DNA from: Cycas panzhihuaensis
Lineage: Eukaryota > Plantae > Cycadophyta
Assembly: GCA_023213395.1 (NCBI GenBank)
Contig: CM041465.1
Coordinates: 179,931,741 to 179,995,740, forward strand
Direction: 5' to 3'
DNA length: 64,000 bases
A program made the position numbers and the translations under genes. Of this stretch, positions 52,001-64,000 are shown in pieces. The number at the start of each line of letters is the position of its first letter. The stretch's first letter is position 1. The notes under the pieces were generated by a model. The model made no database searches. It was not told the origin of the DNA and saw only the letters and a list, made by a program, of their open reading frames with translations.

Positions 52001-52515
52001 ATAACTCCTCAAAACATCCATCAAGGACATTCCCGTAGTGACAGTATGGAGCTCGTCAACGATAGAGAAAGGCTTCCCATTCACAGTAGGCTGGGTAAGC
52101 GCCCTTGAAACTCGTAATGACCAGACGATATGAATGGCCTTAGGAAATAGCGAAACTTCTAGAGGGAGTTTTCCAAGAGGATCGAGTGTGAGACAAGAAG
52201 AAGTGCCACCGCCTCTTTAGCAGCTTCTGACCAAGTAAGGGCATATAAGGGAGTAGCCTCAAGCATTTGAATTACCTTCTTTCCCTTATTCCGAGACTGC
52301 AAAGGTGAAAGAGTATGTCGGTGAGGGGAATGCAAAGAAGAAGATGAATCCCGAGCACCCTTCCCTTTATCACGGGAAGGATGGGAATTCAGGGATCTTC
52401 CCCAGTTCTAGTTGTTTTTGGGCTGAGTATTACGATCACGTTCCCCATGTTTGGGGAAAGGATCCTTGTGGACCGCTTGGTTTAGATTGGGCCTTGAGGC
52501 CTGCTTAGGGATAAA

Positions 52516-53490
52516 TCACGCCGAGGGGCATCCCAGGATGCCGGGCCCTACAAATGAGTCATCATAGAAATACTCCCCGTGAATGGAACACCACTTCTTC
52601 TCAAGTGAGGGACCAGGTTTTCTCGCTTGAGAGGACTGGGCGTTACCATTCCTAGGGAGGGAAGCTTGAGTAGCTTGTTGTATTTGTTTGTTAGAAGTGG
52701 GTGATGAAGGAGCTTGCAGTTTAAGTTCCTTCATCGTACGTTCAAATGAACATATAGCGGATGTAAGTAGATCTAGGGTCTTTTTAGTCAGATGAGAAGA
52801 GGACCTAGTGGATTGTTGTGGTTTGGTCTCTTTAGTTGGAGGTGGTGCCTCACATCGTTGCGAGAGATTAAGAGGCTTCTTGAGTCTAGCTCGGATCTCA
52901 ATAGCCTCAAGCGCTAAACACTTTGCGATAACGGAGTCGCATGTAGTCAACCCCATCTTAAGGACTTCAACATGGACTTCAGGATGAAGTGCATTAACGA
53001 AGAGATCCCTCTTCAATTCCTCGGGTAAAGTAACCTTAGTGGAATGAAGAAGGCCATGAAATCACCACACGAAGTCATGATTCATCTCATTGTGACCTTG
53101 TTTGAGCGAAAGAAGGGATTTTATTCCATTTTTGAATGGGTGAGCAACATCAAAATAATTGATGAACTCATCCACAAGTCACTGGAACGAGAAAATGGAA
53201 TGAGTCCGGTGTGATAAAACCACTTAAGGGCATCACCTTGTAAGGATTATAGGAATAGTTTCGTTAGAATGTGGTCATAGGCCTAGTAATCAATATACGT
53301 CATAGAGAAACTACGGACGTGCTCTACTGGGTCATGTGATGAAGTTCCATCGAACTTAGGAACTTTGGAAGGATGAGGCGGTAGATTGGTTCTCAACACC
53401 TCAACAGATAATGGTGTCGATCTATAGTCCATGAAGGGACGTGCCCTTGCCTGAACCATAGGATCGACAAATGATGTAGGAGGTAACACG
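52516..53490 (-). pseudogene. gag: Gypsy gag (retrotrans_gag) remnant
   Basis: PSKVPKFDGTSSHDPVEHVRSF, SLQGDALKWF, SLKQGHNE, KRDLFVNALHPEV and the knuckle-like KKWCSIHG. Confidence 0.85.
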
Positions 53491-54741
53491 CAAGGAACAG
53501 ATGGAGGTGGTTAACCCATCCCTCCTTGGGGAGGTGCCCCTTGCTGGAAAGGGACTTGAGAATAAACGCCTGAAAGGAAGCCGGGTTCCTTGTAAAGGCG
53601 CAGCTGAAGGAGCTACTGGATGGTATAAAAGAAGGGTGTGGAACCAGGTTTTATCCATATGGGCCACCCATGGGTGGTAGAACCCCATATGGATGTAGCG
53701 GGTCCACCCCATAAGCTGGAATATGATTCCCTTTACCCTGCCCTCAAGGTTGAGAAGTATAACCTAGGGGTATGTAAAGGGAAGGGCCATTAGGTTGGTT
53801 TTGAGGATACGTGGGAACGGATCCCACATAACTAGTGGTGGTAGCATTAGTAAGACCTCTAGGCCTACTAGGAAACGCATGCACCATGTTAGGAGATGGC
53901 ACATTAGCTTGACTTGGAAAAGGTATGCTAACCCTAAGCTAGGGGAGAGACACACCACGAGAGGGTCTCGAAGAGCTATGACCATGATAAGGAATAGAAG
54001 TCGCAACATGCGTCCCCAAAGTAGGTGTACGAAAGGAGCGGGATGAATATGCAGGCACAAAAGGGTTACTCGTTGTGGGAGGTGCAGATGAGGATGAAGA
54101 AGGTGGGACAGGAGCAGATGAAGAAGACAATCCACCATACAAAACATCTTCAAACTATCTGGGACGTGATTGAAGACGAGTCGTTTGAAAGCACTCACTA
54201 AGGGCTTCAACCACGTCGATAGGAGGGGGTATCTACATGATCGTAGGAAGTAGATGAGACTTCATACGAAGTAGACCCCTTGGGATGCTCCTCATAAGAA
54301 TCACCAACTGGATGGTGAATCTCGAGAGGAGATAGGCCCTCTACTGCGTGAGTAGAAGGATGGGTATTAAGTGGGTGACGTTGGTCAGCCGGGTAGTAAA
54401 TAGGATTGTCACCCTCTTGGGTGGATCCCAGAATAGATACAGGGAACTAATGAGTTCCCAAGGTAAATGCATGATAGGCCCAATTGGAAGGGTATCCTTC
54501 CATTGTCGGATCAGAATCTGACGATGAAAGAAGATGATACACAGGATCTTCTAACAATGGAGGCAAACCACATAGGCGACATGAGAAGCATCGCATACAA
54601 AGCTTGCTAACATGTTAGAAGAAGGAAAAAGATGCAAAGTGTATGTTGGGGGCTGCCCAACAAAAGAGATGAAGTGGAGGAAACCACTAGAAGGTAATAG
54701 TACCAACAGGAAGGGATAGAAACTAGCCCCCTTACTGGCAA

Positions 54742-54760
54742 GTCCCCAGTATGGTCACCA
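54742..54760 (-). promoter_or_regulatory. Primer-binding site, tRNA-Arg type (Tat/Ogre-like)
   Basis: Minus strand TGGTGACCATACTGGGGAC resembles the Ogre/Tat PBS TGGCGACTCCACTGGGGAC. It lies 1 nt after the LTR-terminal CA and upstream of gag. Confidence 0.7.
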
Positions 54761-54761
54761 G

Positions 54762-57420
54762 TGGATGCACGTTTACGGGATAGTCACCTAGCTCGATAGG
54801 AATGATGATGGTCGATGGTGGTATTGAGGGTGCGGGCAAAAACCTACAAGAGAAGTAAGTGACACGCAGGGCACCTCGTGTGCCAGAGCGCGAGTTTGGG
54901 ACTTGAGGATGATACCCAATTACCTTAGGGTGGTCCTCTATCCCAAAGAGAAAGAGGGAAAAAAGAAAAGGAGTCCGGATAAGCTCGAGAGGAAGATCCT
55001 CCCACCCTTGGATGGCCGGAAGGGGAAGAGATGAGTCCTCAAGGGTTTCCCTATGATGGAGGGAAACAAGCGGGGACAAAGTAGGCCATAGCCTATGATG
55101 AGACCAGGCTCCTCTTGGTTATTTGACCAAGCAAATAAGGCTAAGAGGGAGAGAGAGAAATGAGAATGGGACAACTAAACCAAAGTTTCCCCTAATGATT
55201 CGAAAAGGAAATAGGAAAGGAAACGGGAATAGGTGTCACGTATGTAAGCAAACAATGCTAGGTGGGAATAAACCGAGTGGGAAAACTAGGCTTTACAAGC
55301 AAGGGAAAAGGAAAGGGTAAGTTTCTTATAGGTCCTTTTCCTATGAGTGTTAAATGTGCGATATGCAAATACACAAACGTAAATAAAAGATATTGTTTCC
55401 CCTTTCATTTTTATGTGCAACCTACTTAACTAACACATAGATCCTAAATAAAAGTAAGAAAGGAAAAGCAAGGGTTAAAGGGAGGATGCACGACTCGAAA
55501 GATGTAGCGGTGATGGAGAACCTCACCCACAGAACGCACATCCCCGCGTCAATCCAAAGAGGCATGACCAAGTCTTGACGTGTATGACAGGGGCTTCCTT
55601 ACCTTCCCCTTTATGAAAAAGAAGCGAAAAGGAAAGAAGTAAAAGCAAAGAAACAAAGCGTTAGACCTTACCTAGATCTAAACACTTTATACCTTTACGA
55701 AAGCACCACGACAACTTGCACATGCATGGATTTATCCCTTCCAAGAAGGGGCTACAAAAGATAAACTATGTATATGCAAGTATATATGTGATATTTGTGT
55801 TAAAGTGTTAGCAAAAATAGTTGCTACAACAAGCTCTAAAACCCCCTCTCAAGCAAGGATAAATATTAAGCAAAAATAGGGTAAGGGAAGCCTCAGGATG
55901 GCTAACCCTCCGCTGGGTTCTCCACACAACTCTCAAGCACATCAAGGTAATGATAAAGGCAACTAAGAATAGCCAAAAGATGCAAAGAAAAGAGTAATGA
56001 AGCATTGGGGAAATATGCAAGACGCGAAATTGCTATGGGCAGTAATCTGATGCACAAACCCTTGCCAATGGTATAAAGGGGTACCCAACAACACAATGGA
56101 TACTACGGGGGTCTAACAAGAGGCGAGCAGGCGAATCGGTGCAACAAGGGGTTGCGACGTGGATGATCCAAAGGTGCAATCCTAGGGCTCAATCATTCCT
56201 AATAATCCCAAGAAGAGCATGGAGCAAGAGAAGAGAAGGTGGGAAGGGGTTACCCTTAGAGAGAAGGACTGAAAAGGGGGGCTGCCCTGCCTTACTCTCT
56301 TCATCCAACCTTATGACTCTTCTCTCACTGCTCCCTTGAAGAAAATTAGTGGAGAGAAAGGTGGAGCTGGGAGATAACAGGCTAAATATAATGGAAAGAC
56401 ACTTTGCAATGTGAGACTGAAGGAAGCAGTAAATAAGACAAGAAATAGGTCCAAAATGGGGATAACTTACTATAAATCTGGAAAAGAAGGGTTTGAGAGA
56501 CTGCTGGGAAGATATATGGCGATCCGGGCTGCTAACAAAGGAGGAAGAGGACCCCTACAAGCGTTCTTTGGAGAAATTCCAACGGCAAATTGAAAAGGGC
56601 ACTTCTTGGGCGAGTTGGAGAAGAAACAACACCAAAATCGCTTGATAAAACTCGGAGAGAGGCTTCCCACCATGGAAGCAAGGAGTTACAAGCAAATCAT
56701 GGCCTAGGGTAGTGTGAAATGCAGGCCTACAAGTATACCCGCAGAGAAAGAGCAGAGAGAAAGAGTTGCGAGGCATTGTTGCGTTAGAGAGCAAAAAATG
56801 ACCCAAGAGAGGGCCAAAATTATGAGGGTTTTGATACTTATACCCATCCTAGCCCTAAGTGAGCGAATAGGGCCGAGGTGGATGTGAGACCATGTGGCAA
56901 TTCCATAGGAAACATCAATGTGGCAATTCATGAAACATCCATATGGTAGTTTTGGGTTCCGAGAGCTTTGGGAGGTGATGTGGCAGGCCTGGGAGGGGCT
57001 GGCCCTCCTGTCTAGGTGGCTGAGATAGTTCAGAATACACGTGGACAGAGGCAAGCAAACACTAATGGGCAAAGGTCCCGTAAATAAGGTGCTAGGAACT
57101 CAAGGCCGGTGTATGAATGGGTCATATCTACCGTAAACTCAAGATGGTGTGGAGATAGCACGCAGAGTTGTAAAGTGCTATGGGGATGCCTACGTTGTGG
57201 AAAGGTAGGTCCTGTTGGGTTGTCATAGGCTCACGATACAACAAAAAGGCATGAACAGCAACAAATGCAAAGTAATCACACAAATGAAGCAAGCAGTCAT
57301 GCAAAGAGGCAACACTTTTGTCAACCTTTCCGACAAAATAATATAAATTAAAAGGGAGAAGCATACTTGAGCTTACCTAAGTCGACCTGCCCGTATCCAT
57401 TCCCGGTAGCCAGGAAACAC
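54762..57420 (-). repeat. 5' LTR of Tat copy B (outer end truncated)
   Basis: Shares homologous blocks with 7412-10600. At about 57420 the sequence switches to the repeat shared with 62994 onward. Confidence 0.75.
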
Positions 57421-58400
57421 CATGAAAGTGACTACACTGATTTAAGAAAGGCTAGATGCAAGCCAGAAGTACAATAAATGAAAAACCCTCAGCCTAGTAT
57501 ATAATGAGAGATAAAATGGAAGAAATGAGGGAAAGCCTAGTGAACTATCTCTCTCATACACACACACATAACTTCTATATACATGAATGCTCATTTTATA
57601 GTCTTTTCCCCTAACCATTTCTCAACTAAGTTATTAATGGTAGTTTGTTGATAATAATAATAATTACACCTACCATCATAATCGTAATCATGGTTCTAGT
57701 TGTATTTCTAGTAATACCTAAGCTACAATCAGATATTTGGTTACATTTATGATTGTACTTAAGCTATAATTAAAACTTTGATTATACTTTTGGTCATACT
57801 TAGGTTACGATCAAAATTTTGGTCGCACTTCTCTTAAGCTTGATTTTCCTCTACACATAACTTCCCTAACACAAAACTATCAAGTGTCATTGCTTAACCT
57901 TAAAATCTTCAAAATGTTTTCCATCTTTCCTTCCCTACAAAATTTTGAAATGAACAATATTCTAAGATATAAGTGACCTTGTTCTCCAAAAAGCCTTATC
58001 ATATTTGTTTAGGTAAACCATTGATGCTAAGGCATGGCCATGATCTCCTCAGATATCCTTTGATGGTATATTCTCTCTTAGGTTATCTATCCTCCCTTGA
58101 CATACTTTGTTATTTGTATATTTTGTGAAGCTGCCTCTTTCTACATCTATATTTTATAGAGTTACCTCTTTCTGCTATGTTAATCTACCTACTCAAATAT
58201 ATCAATGGGTTCCTTATACATACCATCTATTACATAGTAGAACTATTATAGCATAACTAATAATCATCATTAAAAAGACCTAATTACATCATCATATCAA
58301 GGACTAAATAAATTGTGGGCATACTAAATACAGTTCAACATTTTCCATAATGAGGTTGAAGTCTATATTAGGCATGAACATCAACTAAAACATACGGGTA
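57419..58400 (+). repeat. Long direct repeat, copy 1 (copy 2 at 62994-64000)
   Basis: Collinear similarity from ACCATGAAAGTGACT/ACCATGAAGGGGACT through (CT)n(CA)n, TAATTACACCTA and AAAAAGACCTAATTACATCATCATAT to GAAGTCTATAT..GGCATGAACA. Confidence 0.9.
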
Positions 58401-59447
58401 ACCAATGGTTATGTATGCTAGTTATTAGAATACCCTTTGAATACATAGTTCATCATCTTGTTAGCCTAAAGTCTATATAAGACACGACCATCCACCAAAG
58501 CACACAGGTAACTAACCATTAAGCTAGTTGGTTACTAGGACATTCCTTATAAATATGGTTCATCATGGCTTTGAAAACTAAATCTTGGGGATTATTTTAT
58601 GCCAATATATCTAGTGTTGTAAAATAGACTTGTTATTATTAGAAGTTGATGCAATTATTATTTTCTCTAGAAGTTATTATTGTACTTGTCGCTGCCATTA
58701 AAATCTTATTATGGACAACAAAAAACCATAAATTTTTTTAGATGGAAAAAACTTCCCTACCATTACCGTATATAGCTGTACCTGGTGGTCACCTTCTTCT
58801 TCTATGTTATACCTCTTATTAAAATCACTACTTATTCAAGAATTTTATACTACTAATCAATATTGGGTCATTATAACAAACTTGAAGTATGTTCAGATCA
58901 CACCTCAACATTTCTCAATATATAACCTATTCATAACTATACACAAAAAATGTTAGATGTTCAACTGATGAGCCTTATACCTAAAAGAAACATTCTTCAA
59001 CTAACCATGAGCAAATATCAATCATGCTCAATCATTAATTAATACCCTAAAGAAGAGGGGGGGAAATATGCAAGTATGTAGTGTTTATCAAGCATTGCAT
59101 TTGTTTACCATAAAATAAGGTATAACCATACATATACATATGAAGCTTATTAACAACATTAACTCCATTACAAGAATTATTAGTTGTAATCATGCATGGA
59201 TCTTCCACCAAGTTCTTACTACTATACTCTTAAAATAATTTACAAGTTGCATAAATGAGTTCAAGCCACTAACTTGATTTCCCTCCATAAGAGAGATGTT
59301 TAATTCCAACTTGCCTTAAATTCCATTAAATGATTTAATAATACATAGTCCAAGTATGAACTCGAATAACTATCATTCCTAGTAGCCTCTTATCATACAT
59401 TAACTTGGAATATCTATGTCCTTTAAGACTTCTTCATCTAAGCTCCA

Positions 59448-60160
59448 CTTTAAGGCATTCTAAGCTCTAGATAGAGACTAGAAAGATAATCCAAAGGGTG
59501 AAATATAAATATAATCTTGAAAATCTCTTTCCTTTTTAGGCCTTGGGTCAATTTTCCATCCTACAGCCAATAGATGAACCTTTTCCCATTCACCCAAACT
59601 CTTGTGTAACTCAAAAATAGAAACTATATTGTGCCATGATCTCTTGTTAGTCTAATATGTATTCAATCTACAAGAGGCATGGATATAGGTTTAATTTCTA
59701 GCCATATAATGGCTTGAGACCCTACCTTCCTCAAATCCTTTAACAACAAGAATTATTATCTACTTTGATTTCTTTGCTCAAAATGTTGTAATTTAGCCTT
59801 CTAAGTTTATGCCATGTCAACCAACCCTTTTTTTACCCTTCCATTTTTCTCTTTATAAACTTTTAGTTTCATACCTTTTTTATTTTTTAATTTCAAAATT
59901 CCTTTCTGATAATCGATACAACCATTGTCATATAGATTTGATTCTAAAGCTTTTAACAAATAATCTTCTTTTATAAATACATTTGAATTCTTGCTAATAT
60001 CCCTGCCAACCACCTTATTTGGAAGCTTTCCAAATGAAAAATAGTTATCTTTGTATTCAATAGTACTTTAAAGAATACCTTCTTCTAATTCCAAGGATCG
60101 ACTAAAATATATTCCAAATAATTGGTCATCATCAATCGATGACAAGACTAGGTAGTAGAT
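59448..60160 (-). pseudogene. Fragment of an IDM1/ROS4-family PHD-GNAT chromatin gene (DUF7028, MBD-like domain)
   Basis: 59448-59612 reads ELHKSLGEWEKVHLLAVGWKIDPRPKKERDFQDYIYISPFGLSF*SLSRA*NALK. This matches the family motif L..AGW.ID.RPR..RDY.D..YISP.G..YWS..KAY.AL. Both stops are TAG at aromatic (probably TGG) positions. A mostly open frame continues upstream to about 60160. Confidence 0.7.
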
Positions 60161-60534
60161 TACTAATGTAGCGGCAATTACATGTTGACTATAGCATTAC
60201 CATTTGTTAAATATTAACATAACCATTTGTTGGTGTATAATAGTGAAAACTCTCCTTTGGTATACTAGTATTATCACACATCCATATTAGAGAAGTGTCA
60301 CAAATGATTTTCTAAATAAATTCTTAGGGATTTAAACCACTACAATAGCACTAAAATATGTGCTCTCTACTTTCCACCAATAGAACTCAATGCAAGAAGG
60401 GAATACATAGGATAATAACAATCACATTACCAACCTAGAAGTATAAGTATGATATGCATAATAGATTAAGGTAAACCTTACTTTATTAACATGAAGGGGA
60501 TTATTCCAACCCGATTATTAAATTAATGTTCATA

Positions 60535-60960
60535 TGTGGATGAATTCATGTGAAGACAAACATATGTATGAGTCATATAGGTGATGTGATAAGTCATAGT
60601 AATTACTAAGTCATAAATAGACTTGTAAAATATGTCATAGGAGTTATTAAGGTCCTTAATAGGGATGTAATAAGTGTCACTTAGTCACAGATTCTTGTAT
60701 GAATCATTACTGATTCAAATGTATATATATAGGTGTATCATAAGTGTAATATACATGGATTGGAGAGGTCATTATGAATGAATGAGATTCAGGTCATAGG
60801 TAGACCAATTCTACCCAGTAATTCTCTCTTATCATTTTGATCAATTCATGTGCTTTATTGAATATTGTTTTGATCAGTTTTATAGTTCCAATTTTGATCC
60901 TTATCCTATATTTGGTATCAGAGTAGGTTATTGTTGTATCTTATGAATTAATTTTATAAT
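60535..60960 (+). mobile_element. Truncated LTR element: LTR about 60535-60910 plus iMet PBS
   Basis: TGTGGATGAA...TTATCCTATA followed by TGGTATCAGAG at 60913. Internal TATATATAGG. Confidence 0.7.
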
Positions 60961-61007
60961 TAAAGAAACTATTATATGCTTGTTTAAAAATTTTATCATT
61001 TGTTGTC

Positions 61008-61451
61008 TCTTATATAAGCTTCATCTAGAATATTTTCAAGTTATTCATCATACCTTTTACATTCTTCATTAGAATCAACATCACTTACTTCACCATCCTT
61101 ATTTTCTATTTGGTGGGCACCATTAATCCCATCCTCATTCAACATATACTCCTCATCATCACCCTTAGTTGTTTCTTTCATTTTATTTCTAATAGAAGGT
61201 AATTTCTCTTAGGGTGATAGTACCTTTCCAATGCATAAATGCCACTTCAATAGATTTTTAAACTCTTGTTTTCCAAAGACATGCAAATTATCACATAATA
61301 TTTTTATCTTAACAGTGGTCTTAGAATACTCCTTTATAGAAGAGCTTGTTGAATCGTCAAAAGAAATAAAAGTAACTAAGCCAAGAATTTTCAAAGGCTT
61401 CTCTTACCAAATAAAATCTAAAATAGGGCATGTCTTCTACAAAGTTGTGAC
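61008..61451 (-). pseudogene. SPB1: Fragment of 27S pre-rRNA 2'-O-methyltransferase Spb1/FTSJ3 (DUF3381 region) with an internal deletion
   Basis: VTTL*KTCPILDFIW*EKPLKILGLVTFISFDDSTSSSIKEYSKTTVKIKILCDNLHVFGKQEFKNLLKWHLCIGKVLSP*...GDDEEYMLNE / DVDSNEECKRYDE*LENILDEAY. Matches plant Spb1 motifs DFIWSE.PL..LG..TSISFDD, TTEEIK.LCDDL.VLGK.DFK.LLKWR and DSDEE..RYD.QLEE.LDEAYER. Confidence 0.88.
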
Positions 61452-62845
61452 TCTTGCTTTATTGTTGCCTATTTCTTCTCTCTTAGCATAAGCTAAAATT
61501 TTAGCTTTTGGATTAGTGTCTAGATTTATTTGGTGATGGTAATAGTAGGGTGCCTCTTTGATAAAATTTGAGGCTAATTCCATACATTTATGCAAAGGCA
61601 ATAGGCATTAGTCTCATGCAAAATGGCTCCATGATGAAGAAATACTTCCATACCAAAATTTCCCAACACCAAAAGTAAAGGATGTATGCATTTGAAAATT
61701 GATTAGGGTGAAGGATACAAAAGCATGATCAGGGTATCATGCAGTAGTTCTATAACAAAGTTGGTATTAGATGTCATGTTCTTAAAGTATTAATGCATAA
61801 TAATAAGCACATGCTCAACAAGAAAGCTTTCTCAGATGCCCATCTACTTTCATTATTCCATTAGAAGATGTTTCACTGTTGTAGTCATAGTTATGTAAAA
61901 TTTATTATGTCATGTCATTCATAATTTACAAACTAGTACTAAGGGTGGAACATTATACTTGTCAAACTTTTACTTACAATGCAATATGATTAGCTTGTTG
62001 TTTGATTTTTATGATTAGAATTATTTAATTCTTAAATATGTCACTGAGGTGAATACAGAGGATGAAGAAATCAAGTTGAATTACCATACACCTATAAACA
62101 TTAAAGGAGATCAATGCCTATGAAGGAGAATTGGAGTGCTTAGGACATCGAGAGGGACAATCTATATAAATCCGAATCAATAAACATAGAAATTTGATGG
62201 AAACTTGATCAATGCAGGCGACAAATTATACTACCATAACACATTAGATTAAAATTATTTTTTATAATGTTTAGATATTTAAATACTTTTAATTTTGAGT
62301 TAAGATCTATCCCTTCATGTATTAAGCCCCCTCATATTAGCCTTGGTCATATATATTAAAAAGGGATAAGGCTATATCTAAATCATAGGAGGATTGTTTC
62401 ACTAAATATAGAATACATCTTCATTGTACTTTTTAGTGTTCTTCTAAATGAACACGGTTATATTGAGTAATGATAACACCCTATGAAGTGTCTAATGTTT
62501 TAACTTTATTAATTAGAACTCTACATAGTGAAAAGAAGAATGTAACTATGAAAACAATGCATTAATAGAACTCTAAACCATACAAAGAACAAGTAAGATA
62601 AATAAACCAAGCACGTAATAAAGAACATCAAGATATTCTAGTATAAGCATAGACATTTTATAAATCTGAGTAATAAGTAAAGAATTTCAAAGATAAAAAC
62701 TCCAACTCTTCTCATTGACTCATCAAAGGCTCATCCAACCTCCTTACATATGTTGTTACAGAAAAATATATAGAAACAACTTTACAAGATACTACCTTAC
62801 AACTTTATAATATAATGGGCATAAATTATAAGCTGAAAAAGGTCC

Positions 62846-64000
62846 CCATGACGATAGAAAAGTATGTGATCTCTAATTGATGCCAATAGAACTCAATGCA
62901 AAAAAGGAACACACGGGAGAATAACAATCACATTATTGACTTAAAAGCATAAGCATGATACATATAATAAATTAAGGCAAGCCTTATTCCATTACCATGA
63001 AGGGGACTTCATTGATCCAAGAAGGGATAGATGTAGGCCTAAAGTCTAACAAATAAAGAACCCTCAACTCAATACACAATGAGAGATACAATGTAAAAAA
63101 TAAGGGAAATCCCAAGCAGTCTCTCTCTCTCTCTCATACACACACACTCTACTTCTATATGCATGAATCCGCTTTATTTAGTCTTTTCCCCTGACTATTT
63201 CCTAACTAACTCATTAATGATAGTTTATTAATAATAACAATAATTACACCTATCATCATAATTATAATCATGGTCTTGGTTGTACTTCTAGTCATATCTA
63301 AACTATGATTAAATCTTTGGTTGTACTTCTAATTGTACCTTATCTATAATTGAAACTTTTATTATGATTTTGGTTATACTTGGGTTACGATTAGAATTTT
63401 GGTGGCACTTCTTATTGTACCATGATTTGCTCTCTTAAGCTTGATTTTTCTTTGCACACATCTCCCTTAACATAAAACTTTCAAGTGTCCTTACTTGACC
63501 TCAAAAATTTTAAAATTTTTTACATCTTTCCTTCCCCCCAAAATTTTGAAATTAACAATATTATAAGATATAGGTACCCTTGTTCTCCAAAAATCCTTAC
63601 CATATTTGTTTAAGAAAAACATTAATATTATGGCATAACCATGATCTACTAAGATATCCTTTAATGGTATATTCTCCCTTAGATCGTCTATCCTTCTTTC
63701 ATATACCCTATTATTTTTATGTTTTGCAGAGTCGACTCTTTCCACTTTTATATTTTATGGATTTGTCTCTTTCTGCTATGTTAATCTATCTACTCAACTA
63801 TATTCTTGGGTTTCTCATACATACCATCTATTACACAGTATAATTATCATTGCATAATTAACAATTATCACCAAAAAGACCTAATTACATCATCATATAA
63901 ATGACTAAATAAATTGTGGTCACACTCGATATAATTCAATAGTTTCCACAATGAGGATGAAGTCTATATGAGGGCATGAACAATAACTAGAATACATGGG
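62846..64000 (+). repeat. Long direct repeat, copy 2 (runs off the window); its first about 160 bp are also copied at about 60338-60500
   Basis: CCAATAGAACTCAATGCAA...ATAACAATCACATTA...CATGAAGGGGA at 60377-60500 and 62883-63006. The remainder matches 57419-58400. Confidence 0.9.

Larger units (their letters stand above)
44900..57420 (-). mobile_element. Ty3/gypsy Tat-lineage retrotransposon, copy B: truncated 5' LTR, PBS, gag-pol, antisense PMD ORF; 3' end (aRH and 3' LTR) missing
   Basis: Domain motifs are listed below. Homologous to copy A from integrase through PMD and in the LTR. Confidence 0.9.

Noticed and set aside
57421-57436. TGTAGTC (minus strand) as the outer terminus of the Tat copy B LTR
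   Set aside because: The same stretch aligns with 62994-63015, so it belongs to the neighbouring direct repeat. The LTR is truncated there.
63480-63750. PPR-like or chromodomain-like translations in the long direct repeat (also 57890-58140)
   Set aside because: Only scattered residues match, the PPR-like frame has shared stops in both copies, and no family could be supported.

Overview
AT-rich land-plant intergenic DNA, depleted of CpG and CHG and made mostly of nested, decayed LTR retrotransposons. The TatIII-like domain order hints at a gymnosperm host (inference). I found no intact host protein-coding gene, rRNA, tRNA or CRISPR array. Main content: (1) Three relatives of one Ty3/gypsy Tat-lineage family. 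Copy A (+, 2511-10600) and copy B (-, about 44900-57420) together give the order LTR-PBS(Arg)-gag-PR-RT-RH-INT-[antisense Plant Mobile Domain ORF]-archaeal-type RNase H-PPT-LTR. Copy C (12553-22060) is a gag-only derivative with an array of a 26-bp motif also found in copy A's putative LTR. (2) Several Ty1/copia or non-autonomous LTR elements, including a 3-LTR tandem array (16533-21443) and a near full-length decayed copia (38305-44400). (3) A CACTA transposase remnant, a hAT-type MITE and solo LTRs. (4) Host-gene fragments: an HSP70-aldo-keto-reductase chimera joined at a 6-nt microhomology (44460-44866), plus IDM1-like DUF7028 and Spb1/FTSJ3 fragments lying between long direct repeats (57419-64000). 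(5) One CpG-rich island dense in TF motifs and not recognisably TE-derived (about 28950-30900), followed by a miRNA-like fold-back (31347-31430). Domain calls come from manual translation and remembered family motifs, not database searches. Boundaries of old elements are approximate.
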